Positions 25,161-38,828 are shown, counted from the first letter of the whole stretch. The stretch: DNA of 63,298 nt, filler included, from Bonamia ostreae (GCA_040357525.1; 25 parts of 25 records of this genome joined end to end with filler, not necessarily neighbours in it); one strand, 5' to 3'. Made by a program: numbers and translations. The notes: a model not told the origin generated them from the letters alone.

Positions 25161-25501
25161 CATTATAATGAACAAGATGCCGGAACCCTTAATGAAAAGT
25201 GGCAAAAAGCCAACAAAAATAACATGACATTATCAATTTATGAAATGTAAACCTTGCAAAAATATTAAACTGACAAAACAGAAATGCAACAATATATTTA
25301 GTGGGAAGAAAACCTTCAAATTGCATTAGACGGTTTTGTTGCCACAACATTAAATTCTTGTAATTTTATTTTGGATATATTGTCATTTGTAGCCAAGATT
25401 CNNNNNNNNNNNNNNNNNNNNNNNNNNNNNNNNNNNNNNNNNNNNTTAATTAATTAANNNNNNNNNNNNNNNNNNNNNNNNNNNNNNNNNNNNNNNNNNN
25501 N

Positions 25502-25709
25502 AAGTCAATTCAAAACAATTTTCGCAAAATTTGCTAAAAAATTTGGTACAAAAAGTCAATTCAAAACAATTTTCGCAAATTTGCTAAAAAATTTGGTACA
25601 AAAAGTCAATTCAAAACAATTTTCGCAAAATTTGCTAAAAAAATTTGGTACAAAAAGTCAATTCAAAACAATTTTCGCAAAATTTGCTAAAAAATTTGGT
25701 ACAAAAAGT
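25502..25709. repeat. About 51-bp tandem repeat x4
   Basis: aaaagtcaattcaaaacaattttcgcaaaatttgctaaaaaatttggtac repeated near-identically at the contig edge. Confidence 0.92.
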
Positions 25710-25739
25710 TCATAAAAAATAAAAAGTTCATCCATTAAG

Positions 25740-27942
25740 AAAATTTCTTGTTAAAAAAAGAAAAACTTGTTGAAGATATTCTGTATATTCGTCTTTAAAC
25801 TCTTTTGAAAAAAGTCGATTCATTTCTTCATATAAAAGACCCAATTTTTGTAAATTTTGATTTTCATTGAAAATCTCGTTTTTTGTGTTTTTATCGTTTT
25901 TTAATTCTTTTATCTTTATAAAAATTAAAGCAAAAATTGTCTCAAAATTTTAGTATTTTTGTTGAAACCTTGTAAATAAGGATTGAACATAAATTGACAA
26001 AAGCGTTTTTGATAGGAGACGGCTTTGCCTTTTCGAGCAATTTCCATTTTAGACAGATTTGTAACAATTCGAAACAAACGCCAATCTTGTTTTCATCTTG
26101 TATCGATTCCAAAATGAAGTTTGCCAGCCAAAATGACATTCCGAGATGTTTTGATATCGGCAATATCGCAATCTTAATTTTAAATAATTTTTTATTCTTC
26201 GCCAAATATGAACAAATTTTTGTATTTTTAAATTACAAACAAATCTTTATTTTTGCCAAATTTTTACAAAATTTTTCCGTTTTTTTTTAAATTATGAACA
26301 AATCTTTATTTTTGCCAAATTTTGTTAGCAAAAAAGTGACGAACCTTAAATCCGATACAATTTTCGGCAGTTTGAATTCCTTTTGCCCAACATCTGTCCC
26401 CTCTTACAAATAGTGGTGGAAATTCAACAGAATCAAAGTTATTTTTTGGAAAATATGAAGCGATCAAATTTGTGCATTCCTCGTCTCCATAAAACGACAA
26501 AAAGTTTTCTCCTTTTAAATCATTGTTACAAAAACAATCAAAATACAAAAAAATGATTGCTGATAACATAACAAGAAAAGAAACCGTTATCGATAAAAGA
26601 TTTTTTGCTAAAGATAATAACAAGTCCAACAGCTCCGTCAATTCCCATTTTTATAACAAATTCTTTTTTCTTTGTCATTTCAGGCACCGATTTTGTCGAT
26701 CTTTCGAAATAATTAAAATTATATAAAATTGTAACAAAGAAAAACAAAGTGTAAGATTTTTTGCCAAAATTGTCAATTTGAATGACTGCAGATTCGAATT
26801 TTTGAATTAGGAATGGCAGAAAATCTTGTCCGAACGATTTTTTGAGAAGAGATAAAACTGTTTTTTCAAAGTTTGTGTTTTCTTTCTTTTGTTCGATTTC
26901 TCCCAATTTTCTCTTTTTTAACGATTTTTTTTTAACAATTTTCACCCAATTTTTTCAACGATTTTTTTTTTAATTTTGGAAATATTTAAAAAAAATTTCA
27001 ATTAAAAAAACAAGATAGAAAAGTTCAATGTTATCGAAAATCATTCCAAAAACAATTTTTTCAACAAATTGTTTATTGCTAATAATTTCAAAAGTTTTCA
27101 AATCTTTTTTAGCCAAAAGAAATTTTGCCAATTTTCTGATTTTCAAATTAGCCAAATCCGACAAAACCTCCAAATATTTTTTTTCACATTTTTCCAAAGA
27201 AGTCCATTGTTCATATTCTGTTTTTTGTTAATTTTTAAAATTTTTTGTCAAAGTGTTTTTAATCACTGTTACAGAAACCGTTATGTTCGTGATTGCGATA
27301 AAATCTGCTTTCCACGATGAACTTGAGATTTCCAACCGGAATCCACTTTTGTTCCATGAGACAAGTTGTCTCGTCCATGAAGCTCAAAAGCGCTTCTTCT
27401 TTTATCGGATTCAATCTTCGTACTTGTCCTATTCTGTGTTCGCCGTCATAAAATATCCCGTTTTTGGTCACTGGGCATTTTTTGTTTGGTAACAATAAAT
27501 ATTGTCCGATGTTCTTTCAAATTATTGGTAACAATCAGTTGTGTAGATTAAAACCGAAAACAAAATTAAAAAAATGGCGAAAATATGTTGTAACAATCAG
27601 TTGTGTACATTAAAAAACGATATCTTCATACATAAGATTGGACCAATCTTTGTTGTTCTCCGGAAAAACGACGCCGTCGGGAATCCGATTCGAAGTCAAT
27701 TTTTTTGTGATTTCGATCGCTTTGGAATTTTGTCTGAGCCGCAACGGCTGTTTTAATTGCTCAAAATAAAGTTCCATTTCGTATTTTTTGAAAGAACTTT
27801 TGACGTAATCTTTGACTGGCGGAATAACGTGTTTTTCCCAATATTTTAACAGTCGATTCGGTTCATTTTCTATCTTTCCACTTCTTTTTACATAACTGCT
27901 GTCGTCGTAGTGGTAATTCTCTTCTTCTGATTTGGCTAAATT
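25740..27942 (-). CDS. Fragment of a large multi-exon protein, unassigned
   Basis: Chain of minus-strand ORFs separated by GT..AG AT-rich segments (e.g. FIVESRFYRN, LSFYGDEECTNLIASY..FPPLFVRGDRCW). Family not confidently recognised. Confidence 0.45.
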
Positions 27943-28042
27943 NNNNNNNNNNNNNNNNNNNNNNNNNNNNNNNNNNNNNNNNNNNNTTAATTAATTAANN
28001 NNNNNNNNNNNNNNNNNNNNNNNNNNNNNNNNNNNNNNNNNN

Positions 28043-28709
28043 AAAATTATCGAATAAAAAAGATTTGTTCTTTTACTTCAACGTCGATTTGCACAAACTG
28101 GTCAACGCTGTTTTTTTGCTATAAAAAATAGCCGCAAAACAACAACAAAGAGGAAATCGAGAAAGCCCAAAAAGTACTCGAAGAAGCCAACCAGAAACTT
28201 AGCGTTGCCATAAAAAAAGCCGAAGAGGCGAAATCGGCCGAACGTGAGCAGAAAAGCACTGAAGCTGAAGTCGAAAGAGCCTGCAACGAATTAAAAAAAC
28301 AAGAAGACGAATATGAGAAAACGACCCAAAAACTTAAATTCAACTCGAACGACGAATCTAAAGGAATCGTTTTTAGAAACCGGTCTAAAAACGAATTGCA
28401 ACAACATTTATCCAGTTTTCTTCGAAAATTTTGAAAGAGGATACTTTGGGATTGCGAAGTGCAAAAATAAAACAGGAAGCAGCTTTGCGCAAAGCAAAAT
28501 TGGCAACGGAAAAAGCCCAAAAATTGCGTGAAATGGCGGAACAAGCTTTAAAAGAGGCGGAACAAGCTTTTAAAGTAGCGCAGGACTTTTTAGAAGAAGT
28601 GAAAAACAAGGGAGGATCCGGTCAAGGATCTGTTTATGTGATCGAAAAAAAGCTGCATGAAGCCAAAAGGTACCTACCGCAGTCTAAAGGGGGAATATCG
28701 AGAGACTGA
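28043..28709 (+). CDS. Coiled-coil protein with ABP34-like (calcium-regulated actin-bundling C-terminal / TolA-like) domain (5' partial)
   Basis: KKQEDEY..GIVFRNRSKNELQQHLS[23-nt intron]KDTLGLRSAKIKQEAALRKA..GGSGQGSVYVIEKKLHEAKRYLPQSKGG resembles the protist NKAKxELAQ..EDPLPLRKAKITQEAA..EAKKYMP family. Confidence 0.75.
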
Positions 28710-29037
28710 TAATGTAAATATGCTTACACGATTTTTTTATAACTCTGTGATCAAATGATTTCATCAAATAAAATGAAATAAAATGTTTTTAATGTCGAAC
28801 ATTTTCGTTTTCGAAGATATGTCGTTTACGAGTTTGATTAAAATTTTCGTTTAAACAATAATGTGTAAAAGTAATTTGAATAAAAGTACAAAAGTGATTT
28901 TGTAAAATTGGTTTTCTTGATCATTTTGGAAACTTTTTTGTAAAATCTATTTTTAGGTAATTGTCGATATGATTTTCCCGATTTAAATACAAAAACAAAT
29001 TGATCATTAAAGCCAAATAACAGATACCGAAAATTTA

Positions 29038-30135
29038 ATGTCTTTAAAAAATAAAATTTGCAATTTTGAAGACGAATTTACTGATCCAGTTTTATCTTCA
29101 AATAAAACTGATTCAGAATATCTTTCAAAATTTCAGTTAAAACATATTCAGGACGAACCATTGGAGAACAAATTGCGATTGATTGGAGAGTTTATTTATC
29201 CAATCGTCAGTCATTGCACTTCTTACAATCCAGTTTTGTTTAATTTTGAAAACGGACAAAATTATATAAAACGACTTTTTATCAAAAATAACAATTAACT
29301 TTGCAAACTATTTATTTAGGCAAAAATAACAGGTGTACTTTTAACAACGACTTTGAATAACTTATGTATGATGATAGAAGACAAAATATATCTGTTGGAA
29401 TGTATACAGCAAGTACAAAAATTGATATTCAGTGAAAAGGACGCAACATTTTCAGATTATTTGAAAAGTGAATCCATTAAAAGAGATGAATGTTTTTGCG
29501 CTATAAAAAAAGTATTGTCACAACATGTAAAGAATGAAAAATTGAAAGCGATTTGTAACAAAATTGAGATGAATTTATTTGTGGCGAAGATTGTGAAGAA
29601 TTTACGTTCTTGTTTGAACTGCAATTCAATAAAAACAAACTATAATGACCAAAATGCCATTAACACTTTTAAGAATGGCAGAAAAACTTTTAAGAATATA
29701 AAAACAGTGTTGCTACAAAATTTAAAGATTGAGATAAATGCAAAAGATATTAAAAAAATTCTAAAAGACAATGTTATTTTGGCTATAAAACTGTACCAAA
29801 ACAAAAAGAAAAGGGAGAGCTTGATATTTTATATCGAACAAAAAGGTGAACATTTTAAATTGCCGAAAGACAAATCTCGTTTATTTGTAAAATCTTCTTT
29901 TATCACAACAATGCCAATTGTCAGCACATGTAATGGAAAAGTTTTTATAATAAATCTTATTAATTTGCAAATATCTAAGTTGATTGATGTGTATATTAAA
30001 AAATCTGTTATTTTTGATATCGAAAAAACGGCGAATTTGGGTGCAAAACAGATATTTTCACTTTTCAATGAGAACTTGGAAAAAGTTAATAATTTTAAAA
30101 TATTGAGAACAGAAATAAAGTCAAATTGTAAATGA
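29038..30135 (+). CDS. Protein with degenerate N-terminal MLLE/PABC domain
   Basis: KLRLIGEFIYPIV..NP[intron about 29233-29319]AKITGVLLTT..LCMMIED aligns to KQMLGERLFPLI..AGKITGMLLE. Confidence 0.6.
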
Positions 30136-31222
30136 AATAAAAAGTTGCTTTTTAAAATTAACTAATCTTTTAAATAGCTTCAATAGGAAAGTTTAATTAT
30201 TGATAACATAAATCGATTGTTATCATCTGTGATATAACGCATTGTTTCATAAAATCATCAAACATATTCGTCGAGGTTAGGAAACCTTCTGTTCTAATGG
30301 ACAAAATGCAACAACGATATATCTGCGAAAATACAGCGTGTCCACGTCCACAAAAGATGACAAGGATAATGACGAGGTGTGCTTGAAGCGGCAGTGATAA
30401 AAAAAATCCAAATGTCGAGGGCATTGGTGGCGGGTGCGGCGCGGCGTCATGGTGGGGGGTGGGTCGTGTGGGCAGGGTGNNNNNNNNNNNNNNNNNNNNN
30501 NNNNNNNNNNNNNNNNNNNNNNNTTAATTAATTAANNNNNNNNNNNNNNNNNNNNNNNNNNNNNNNNNNNNNNNNNNNNTATTTTGCGTTTAAAAAACGG
30601 TGTGACCATATTTCAATAAATAGAGAATAACGGATTTGACCGTTATCTTGCCTTCTGTAAGTTTTATGTCTCCTTTAATGCCTCTTATAATTCTGGAATC
30701 CGTTACAATGTAAAACGTAAATTCGAAGAATCCAAAGCCAATCGCACTAATAATTCCATTAATTTTCCACCAAAAAGGCATGAACAATCCCCACAGAATA
30801 CAAATCGAAGTTATGTAAACTTGACATTTTTATTGTTAAAACAAATTAAAGCTTAAATTTCTTTTTGTTGTGTTATTATATTAAAAAAGCTTTATTATTA
30901 AATAAAGACGAAATTAAAATATATTATTTTAACCTATTTTCCAGTCCATTCGGGAAGATTTTGTTTAAAAGATTGGTATATAATCTGATTTGTATTATTA
31001 TATGTTATTTCTTAAAATGGTCTAGCCGCTTTTAAATGAAAAATGAAATATTGCGTTTTCGTTATATTTTTAATATTAATTTTGAATTTAAATTTTTCTA
31101 AAATTATTAATGTTTCAAAAATATTGATTTTTTCTTTATAATGAAATATTTTAAATCTTTGTAACAAGTCAAAATTTCGAATAATTTAATAAAAAACATA
31201 AAAAGCTAAAATTTAATAAAAT

Positions 31223-32303
31223 TTAGCATCTAAAAGGATTCCCGTTGTCAATTTTTTTCATTTTCCAATTCTCAAAATAATCTTCTTCTATTTCTTGATC
31301 TGAGAAAACAGCTTCAAATCCCACACTTTCAATATCTTCAAATTTGAAATATCTTCTCGAAAAAATATCGTCCATTTTTGGAAAAGAAACAGTTACTTCA
31401 CCAAAATACTTTTTATTCTGCACTTTGTACAAATTCCTTTTTATTAATGTATCATCGCGTTCTTCATTTTTGTCATTTTGTTTCAGATTTTCCTCTTCTG
31501 CACTAATTGTTGTACCACAAAAACTCGTTGCTTTTATTGTTTCTTTATTTTTTTATATGAAACTGATGGAAATGTAGAATAGCGATGAATATAACGCAAA
31601 AATGTCCTTTACAAATCTAGAAATTTTTATTTGAATATTTTGTGTCCATTTTATAACGTTTACAATGTCTATCTTTTTATCTCTTTTATTGCCACTGATC
31701 TTTTTATTGTAATTTGCAAATTTTTTTAGCAAAAACTAGTTTTTTGTCAATATTTTTAGATTGTGCTAAAATATCTTTTTCGACATTATTTAAATTAAAT
31801 ATCTTATCCGTTTTTAGCGATCTTTTAACCCTTTTTATACTTTTTAGACATCGTTGCAATAAAACTTTTTTAACAACAATTTTATTTCCTTTTGTATATC
31901 GTTAGCAATTTTTTTATGTTCCAGTCCTTCCTTTTCTTAAAAAATTCAGAATTTACATTTTTAATAAGAAAATCGTTTTTTGATATTTTTGAAAAACAAA
32001 TTTACGAAAATTTAATAAAACCGACAGCATTTAAGAGATTAATATGCGTGTTGACGACGGATAAAAAATTTTTAAAGTTTTTATTATCTTTTTCAACTTT
32101 CTTTTTTAGTTTTTGCAAATAATCTTTGTCTGAATTTTAAAAAGCAAACGCAAAATTTTTATTTTAGAAATATATTCGATTGATTTTGTCAACCAATTTA
32201 CAAATTCTTGCACAAATTGAATAAATTTTTGATTTTTATTTAGAGCGTTTTTGGATTCTGCGCTTCTTGGGGATTCCAATGTTTTTCTAAAAATGTTTTT
32301 CAT
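31223..32303 (-). CDS. Unknown multi-exon protein
   Basis: Co-oriented minus-strand ORF pieces with an ATG at 32303 and a stop at 31223; no recognised motif. Confidence 0.35.
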
Positions 32304-32571
32304 TTAATATTTTTTAATTTTTGAGATTTGCTATTGTTCGGCCAAATAAAGCCAAAATTTATAAAACAAAATTAAAATTTTTGTTTTGATCGATTTTTAG
32401 AGATATTTAATAATAAATAATTGTAAAAATGGAGTTGCTTGCCCCCTCCCAACTTAATCTAACTATATTTTCATGCAATTTACAAATTGCAACCATTGAA
32501 CTATTTATCCAAACAACTTTAACAAATCTCTATAAAACCAAAAAGCTAATTTAAGCTTTAAATTACAGCGA

Positions 32572-33016
32572 ATGAGCTCATACAAGAAAAACGAAGAAAA
32601 AGGTTTTCCAACTAAAACTTAATAGATCTTCATTGGACGACTTCAATAAAGAAATCGCAGTTGCTCCAAAAAGTCAAAAATTTTGGCAAAAGCGGACTGG
32701 ACTCCACAAAATGTTATGACACAGTAGTCAAACTAACTTTTTTGCTAAATTCCGACGAAAAATTTAGCACATCGGAACGATCGGATATTTTCTTTTGTTC
32801 GACAAAATTATTCCAAAATGCGAATGTTTTCGCTTATTTAACAAACAATTTATTTTTGTGATCTTTATAATGTTTACAGCCAAATGTCCGAAGATTGGTT
32901 TATCACATAATATCGGAGCTCGAACATGACCCTGAAGCTGCATTTATGGCGATAAATGCTTTGTTAAAAGATTTGACAAGTTTAAATTCGCCCAAAAAAT
33001 TTCGGGCGAACGCGAT
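32572..33016 (+). CDS. COPG: Coatomer gamma subunit, N-terminus (3' partial)
   Basis: KSQLLQKVKNF..KC..VKLTFLLNSDEKFSTSERSDIFFCSTKLFQNAN[intron]PNVRRLVYHIISEL..LLKDLT..FRANAI. Confidence 0.85.
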
Positions 33017-33116
33017 NNNNNNNNNNNNNNNNNNNNNNNNNNNNNNNNNNNNNNNNNNNNTTAATTAATTAANNNNNNNNNNNNNNNNNNNNNNNNNNNN
33101 NNNNNNNNNNNNNNNN

Positions 33117-35552
33117 GAGAATGTTTAATCGGTTGTCAAAAAGGGTTTGAAATCGGATCAAAAGATTCTACTATTGTACATTGCACAAAAGATTTTAAGT
33201 TACCGATCTGTACTCCAAAAAGTTTTAATGCTAATTTTTTGAAAAGAGTGTAAAATTCCTATCTTTGGACTCCCTTCAAATCTATATAAGTTCGCATCTA
33301 TTGGCGGTTGCAAAGTCGAAAATAACACAATGGAAGGCGAATGCGAATTCAAAACAATTGAAGGATACGAATTTGTAGCTCATGATGGAGAAATAAGTCG
33401 TCAATTTAACATGTCGTGCCTAAAACATATTTTTTATAAAACAATACGAAAAAAATGTTTGGTTTCAGTGTCGCCAATTTCTTACTTTAATCAGATTTCT
33501 GTTAATGGCGAATGCCGAAAAAACGCTGCGAAACAAATATTCGAGTTACTTGGCGATTGCAATTTTGCTGTCCCTCCGAAATTTGTGCTAAAAGACAAAA
33601 ATGCCGTTGTAAAAACTGAATCGAACTATTGTCCCGACAATGCAACAAAAACACTTAAAATTGAGTACAAAAACGACAGTAACAAATGTTCGGCGCCTAT
33701 AATTCGCAATGGGGAAATAACGAGGGGTGTGATCAATGGGGCAATATACGGAGAATTTGGTGTTATGTGTAACAAAGGATACCAAAATAGCAACAGAACA
33801 GAATTTAAAGCTAAATGCGAAAATCGAAAAATAACAGGAAACTTAAGTTGCACCGAAATTTGTTTCATTTTGTTAAAACTAAAGATTGCAAAGTACATAT
33901 GAAAAAAGAAACTTGGAAAAATATTCACTTGGGATGCACACTTGATTCGGACGAAAGAGTTCCAGGATTTTGCGACATCACTGCCGCAAAAGATTACGTT
34001 CTCTACGACCTCGCGAGCAGCAAAGTTATCGGCAAAAACACAACGTTCTTTTGCGGTTTGGAAATGAGCGGAAAAGAAGTTTATCAGACGATTTTCGGTT
34101 TGTAACTTAAACATTTCGATTAACAGACGGAACTTGCACAAAGAGAATTAAAAACGCAGACAACATCGATTTGACAAAAGTCTTAAAAACAGATTGCCTA
34201 TTAAATGACAATAATTCCAAACTCTCGTTCAAGAACTGCGCCGCCACAACAACGAGAGGACACTATATTTCCTATCTCGGAGCCAAAACATCAATATTCA
34301 ACTGCACGGAGGCATTGAAACAAAACAACGAAAGGATAATCGTTTTAAAGAAAAAGTGCAAACTAGAAGGAAGAAACGTCGTTCCTAATTGCGCATTGGA
34401 TAGCGAAGGCACTTTTAAAGAAAAGTGCTCTGGTTCCTGTCAAAAGCGCAGTTTGTATAATGGTTCTCCCGATTTCGAGGTGTTTTGTGACACCGACAGA
34501 GACACTGTTCGCGTGGATTGCGAGCCGAACCGTTTTTGATTTCAATTATTGTTTGTAACTAGAATGCGGCGCCCAGTTTGTCTTCGACGCATCGGAAATA
34601 TCGTCGAACCCTGTTCGCTGTCCAAGCTGCAGTAAAAACAACACGACGTACAATTTCTACAACGAAGCGGTATTCGAGTTGCCAAAATTTTACGAGTTTG
34701 TCGTCGAAAATGGCAAAATCCTTGGCAGCGAAATGGAGCTCGGCTGCGATTCTCCCAATCACACCTTCACGTTTGCCGTTTCAATCGAAACTTGCACACT
34801 CGAGAACACTCGAATTTTCGACAAAGTTTTAAGTGTCGGGCAAAAATGCGTTAAAAACGAAAATAACAAAACGATCACGGTCAAAGGCGAGTGTGATTTT
34901 GAAACCGAAGAAACTTACTATTATGTCGATCCTAACAACAAGAGATTGTCCATATTTCAGGTAAACTGCGATTCGATTGAAACTCTGAAGCCGGCTGATT
35001 TTGTGAACGCGACATGCGACTATGTCAGACCCCAAAACGGGCGTTTTGTAAACGAAACGTGCGTTGTTGACGGCAAAATATCGGGAGAAGGATGCTTAAT
35101 CAGTTGTGACGATGGCTTTGACTTGATGTCAGATGGAGTTCTGTCAAGAAGAACTGTTGTCAAGTGTAAACGAGATGTTTTGCAGCCAAAACCTGTTTGC
35201 AAGCCAATACGTTTTTAAGTCAGCTCAATAGCAATTTTCAGTTGTTATTATCTGCTCGATCAAACATTTTTGTTTAAAACTTGATTTCCTCAATAACTAA
35301 AAAGATTGCAAAATAAAAAACACGAGCAAAAACATTTGCGACAATTTGCATATAAACAACTGTCTTTCTTCCTGCAAAGACGACGAGATAAATATTTTCG
35401 GAAGTTGTATCTTTAAGGTGAACGATCCTTTCGCGATCAGAGATTCTTCAAATCGACAAGTTAACGTTTATTGCATCAACGACACATCCTCCAATATTAA
35501 AGGAATAGAAATTTTTGAACAAAGTTTACAATTGAAACTTTTATATTCCATA
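33117..35552 (+). CDS. Large Cys-rich repeat (divergent sushi-like) extracellular protein (partial, multi-exon)
   Basis: Successive Cys modules (C..I.C..GF..C, GECxF, GCxxD) across ORFs 33330-35552, linked by GTT..AG micro-introns. Confidence 0.6.
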
Positions 35553-35671
35553 NNNNNNNNNNNNNNNNNNNNNNNNNNNNNNNNNNNNNNNNNNNNTTAA
35601 TTAATTAANNNNNNNNNNNNNNNNNNNNNNNNNNNNNNNNNNNNNNNNNNNNGGTCCCTCAACCCTTCCCG

Positions 35672-36557
35672 TTACATATACAATATAGTATAATTAATGG
35701 TACAATAAAATAATAAAATCTTTTCCCCACATTGGATAATGGAGGCATGCGAGAATCGTAAATATGATGAAGGTTTGATAATATTAAACAATTGGCAGAG
35801 TGCGAGATGTTGAAACGACTCTATTTTCTTTAATCTCGACTTTGTCCTCTTCATCATTACAGGAAACCCATATTCTATGATGGTCTAATAAATGCTTTGT
35901 ATACATAAGCAAATTTTAACAAATATAGCTTTTTTCAGCATTTCTGCAGAATATGATTTAAATTGCTATCAAATTTTATTCTATTATCAAAGATAATGCC
36001 CAAATATTTTATTTCAGATACAAAGTTAAGTTTTTTAGTAAAATATCATTTGGAAATTGTTTATGTATGTTTGACACAAACAGAGTTTTTGATTTTTATA
36101 CGGAATAACAAAATTAAAAATATCTGTGTGTTTAAAAATTCATTTAAAAATCGTTACTGACAATAGTGATATTGGCCTGATAACAGTTACGTTTAAATTG
36201 TTTTTATTTACTTTTGGGAATGGCACAATTGTAGCAGTATTAAAGATTTTCGGTAGCTTTGTTACTGCTTTATTAAATAAATAAGTAAAGTGTGCTTATC
36301 TCTATACTTTCTAAAAACAGTTTTTGATCAATATGGTCAAAGTCAATGGCTATTTTTGGGTTAAGTAGTTTTATTTGTTTATAAATATTTTTCATAGAAA
36401 TAAGTTTTAAAATTTTTATTTTGTTGAGTAGATTTTTTATTTCGATAACTTTTTTATCTTTTGATAAATTTATTTCACTTTTAATAAATTTCGTATATTC
36501 AAGAAATAATTTAATATGACATTGGGATTTTATCTCTATCAAATACTTTAACGTCAT
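35672..36557 (-). pseudogene. Decayed non-LTR (LINE) retrotransposon RT fragment
   Basis: Minus strand reads KLPKIFNTATIVPFPK..IRPISLLS, EIKYLGIIFDNRIKF, YKAFIRP/IIEYGFPV..LKKIESFQHLAL. The RT core (YADD) is missing and there are frameshifts. Confidence 0.75.
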
Positions 36558-36905
36558 TTGTTTCTATACTTTTGAAAAGACATGTTTTCTTTTTAAAATT
36601 TTTATAGTTATAAAAATTTCAACATTCGTTTTCATAGAATTTATTTGATTCCAATAAGCTTTTTTAAATTCTTTAATTAATTTTTTTTAACTTTTTTACG
36701 TTGTTTTGGGAACATTTCAACTTTTTCAAAGCTGTTATTTCTACTGATTTGTTTTCGAAGTTTATTACGTAGTTTTTTGTTCCACTAAAAGTTTCAATTT
36801 TTATTAGAACAAAAGTTTATGTTTTTTACAAGTCATGTTTTTATAGATAATTTTTTGAAAATTTTTTGTAAATGTTGTCAATGTCGTTTGTTTTATTGCA
36901 AAAAG

Positions 36906-38088
36906 AAACAGGAATTCCGGCGAGCGTCTGGAGATACTATCTTCTCTCAGTACGCCCCGAAAACTCTGATTCTAATTTCGATTGGGACGATTTGGCGATG
37001 AAAGCGAACAACGAACTGAACAATAATGTCGGAAACTTTGTGAATCGGGTCTTCAAATTTATTGCGACTAAATTTAATGGTCAAGTTCCGGAACTGGGTA
37101 AAATCGGTAAAAACGATTTTGAGTTTATCGGTTATTTTGCTAATTTTTTGCAAATTTCAAATTTCAAAAATTTGTCAAAATCTAGAAAAAGTAAATGAGA
37201 AATATAAAACTTATATCGAAAAAATGGAATCGGTAAAATTGAACGCTGGGATAAGAGAAGCAATGGCTATTTCCGGAATGGCGAACATGTATTTTCATCA
37301 TGAAGAACCTTGGAAAACGATAAAATCGGAAGAAAAGGATAAAATTGATAGAACGGAATTGGCTTTGAACATCTGTTTTCAGTTAGTGCATTTGTTGTGT
37401 GGCGTTTTGGCTCCTTTTATTCCCAAAATATGCGAAAGCATTGAAAAACAAGCAAATTTTAAGGTAAAGGCGATTTGCAAAATTTATAAAATTGCAATAA
37501 ATTTCGATTTGAAAATTTATAAAATTGTAATAAATTTCGATTGAAAATTGCAATAATAAAGAAATTTTGTCTAAAAACTGAAAAATTTGAAATTTCGAAC
37601 AAATTCGATTGCCACAAAATAAACAAACCCGAAATTTTGATCCAAAAAATTCAAAACGAAACTATAAAAAACTTAAAAAACAAATATAAAGGAATTGAAA
37701 CGATATCTTTTCCGCTGGATTTAGTTGTCGGAAAGATCGAAGAAATTACAGAACACGCGGAAGATGACGATTTGTGGATTATCAAAGTCTTTTTTTTTAA
37801 TTTTTATTATTTTAATAATAAATTGTAATTTTAGGTAAATTTAGGAAATGAGTATTCAAAGATGACAGTTAGTGATTTAAGAAAGTATATAAAAGCAGAA
37901 GAAATTTTAATGAAAAAAATTATATTTTTGAACAACATAAAAAAGACTAAAATTAAAGGGATTTCGAGTCATGGCAAAGTTAATTAAAATTATAATAAAT
38001 TTAAAAATCTAAAAATAAAAAGATTGTTTGTGTGACAAATAATAAAAGAACAATTCCGTTGATAACGACAAAAAAGATCGGTTCGAGA
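36906..38088 (+). CDS. MARS: Cytosolic methionyl-tRNA synthetase, C-terminal exons including tRNA-binding OB domain
   Basis: [69 protein letters not shown]. Confidence 0.88.
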
Positions 38089-38188
38089 NNNNNNNNNNNN
38101 NNNNNNNNNNNNNNNNNNNNNNNNNNNNNNNNTTAATTAATTAANNNNNNNNNNNNNNNNNNNNNNNNNNNNNNNNNNNNNNNNNNNN

Positions 38189-38828
38189 AAAGAATAAAAC
38201 ATCATTTCAGGCAAATAATCGACAAGACGAAGAATATTTTTGACAAAACTAAAAGTAACTGAAAAATCGTTTTGGCGATATTGCGAAGTTTTAAGAAACG
38301 CGGAGAAAACATTACCGGACGCCATTGGGATCAAAAAACAAATGTCTTTTATGAACAAATGGATTTTGCTATGGATTTCTTCCACTTTTATCTCTTCTTT
38401 ATTAAAACTTAGCTTTGTTTAAAACTTTCAGAAGCGACTTCTTCAAAGAAAAAGTTTTTGTTTACGAGCCATTCTCACAATTTGTCAAGTACGGACGGTA
38501 AAAAAATGGGATACAAAGTAACAAGATGCAGTGTCAACCGTATATACGATTCTAAAATGTTGATGTCGTTGTAGTAAAATTGCCAATTAAAGGCGAGAAC
38601 CATTTTGTCAACACCAAAATTGCACAAATTTAGCCAAGAAAAATTTGAAGCGGAACTGGCTAATTTTTCATATAATCTGGATAAATTTATTGAATTTTGG
38701 CAATAAAAATTTTGGTTTCTCGACAGGAATTTCGGATCGTTCATTACTGAAAATCTCTTTATCAGAATTTCTAAATTTTGGCCAGCACTGAAAGGCGTCA
38801 GATTTTTAGACGAATAACCGATTTCCAT
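38189..38828 (-). CDS. RNA polymerase I initiation factor RRN3/TIF-IA-like (3' partial)
   Basis: ESYIRLTLHLVTLYPIFLPSVLDKL and IHLFIKDICFLIPMAS..FVKNILRLVDYLPEM resemble RRN3 repeats. Confidence 0.6.
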
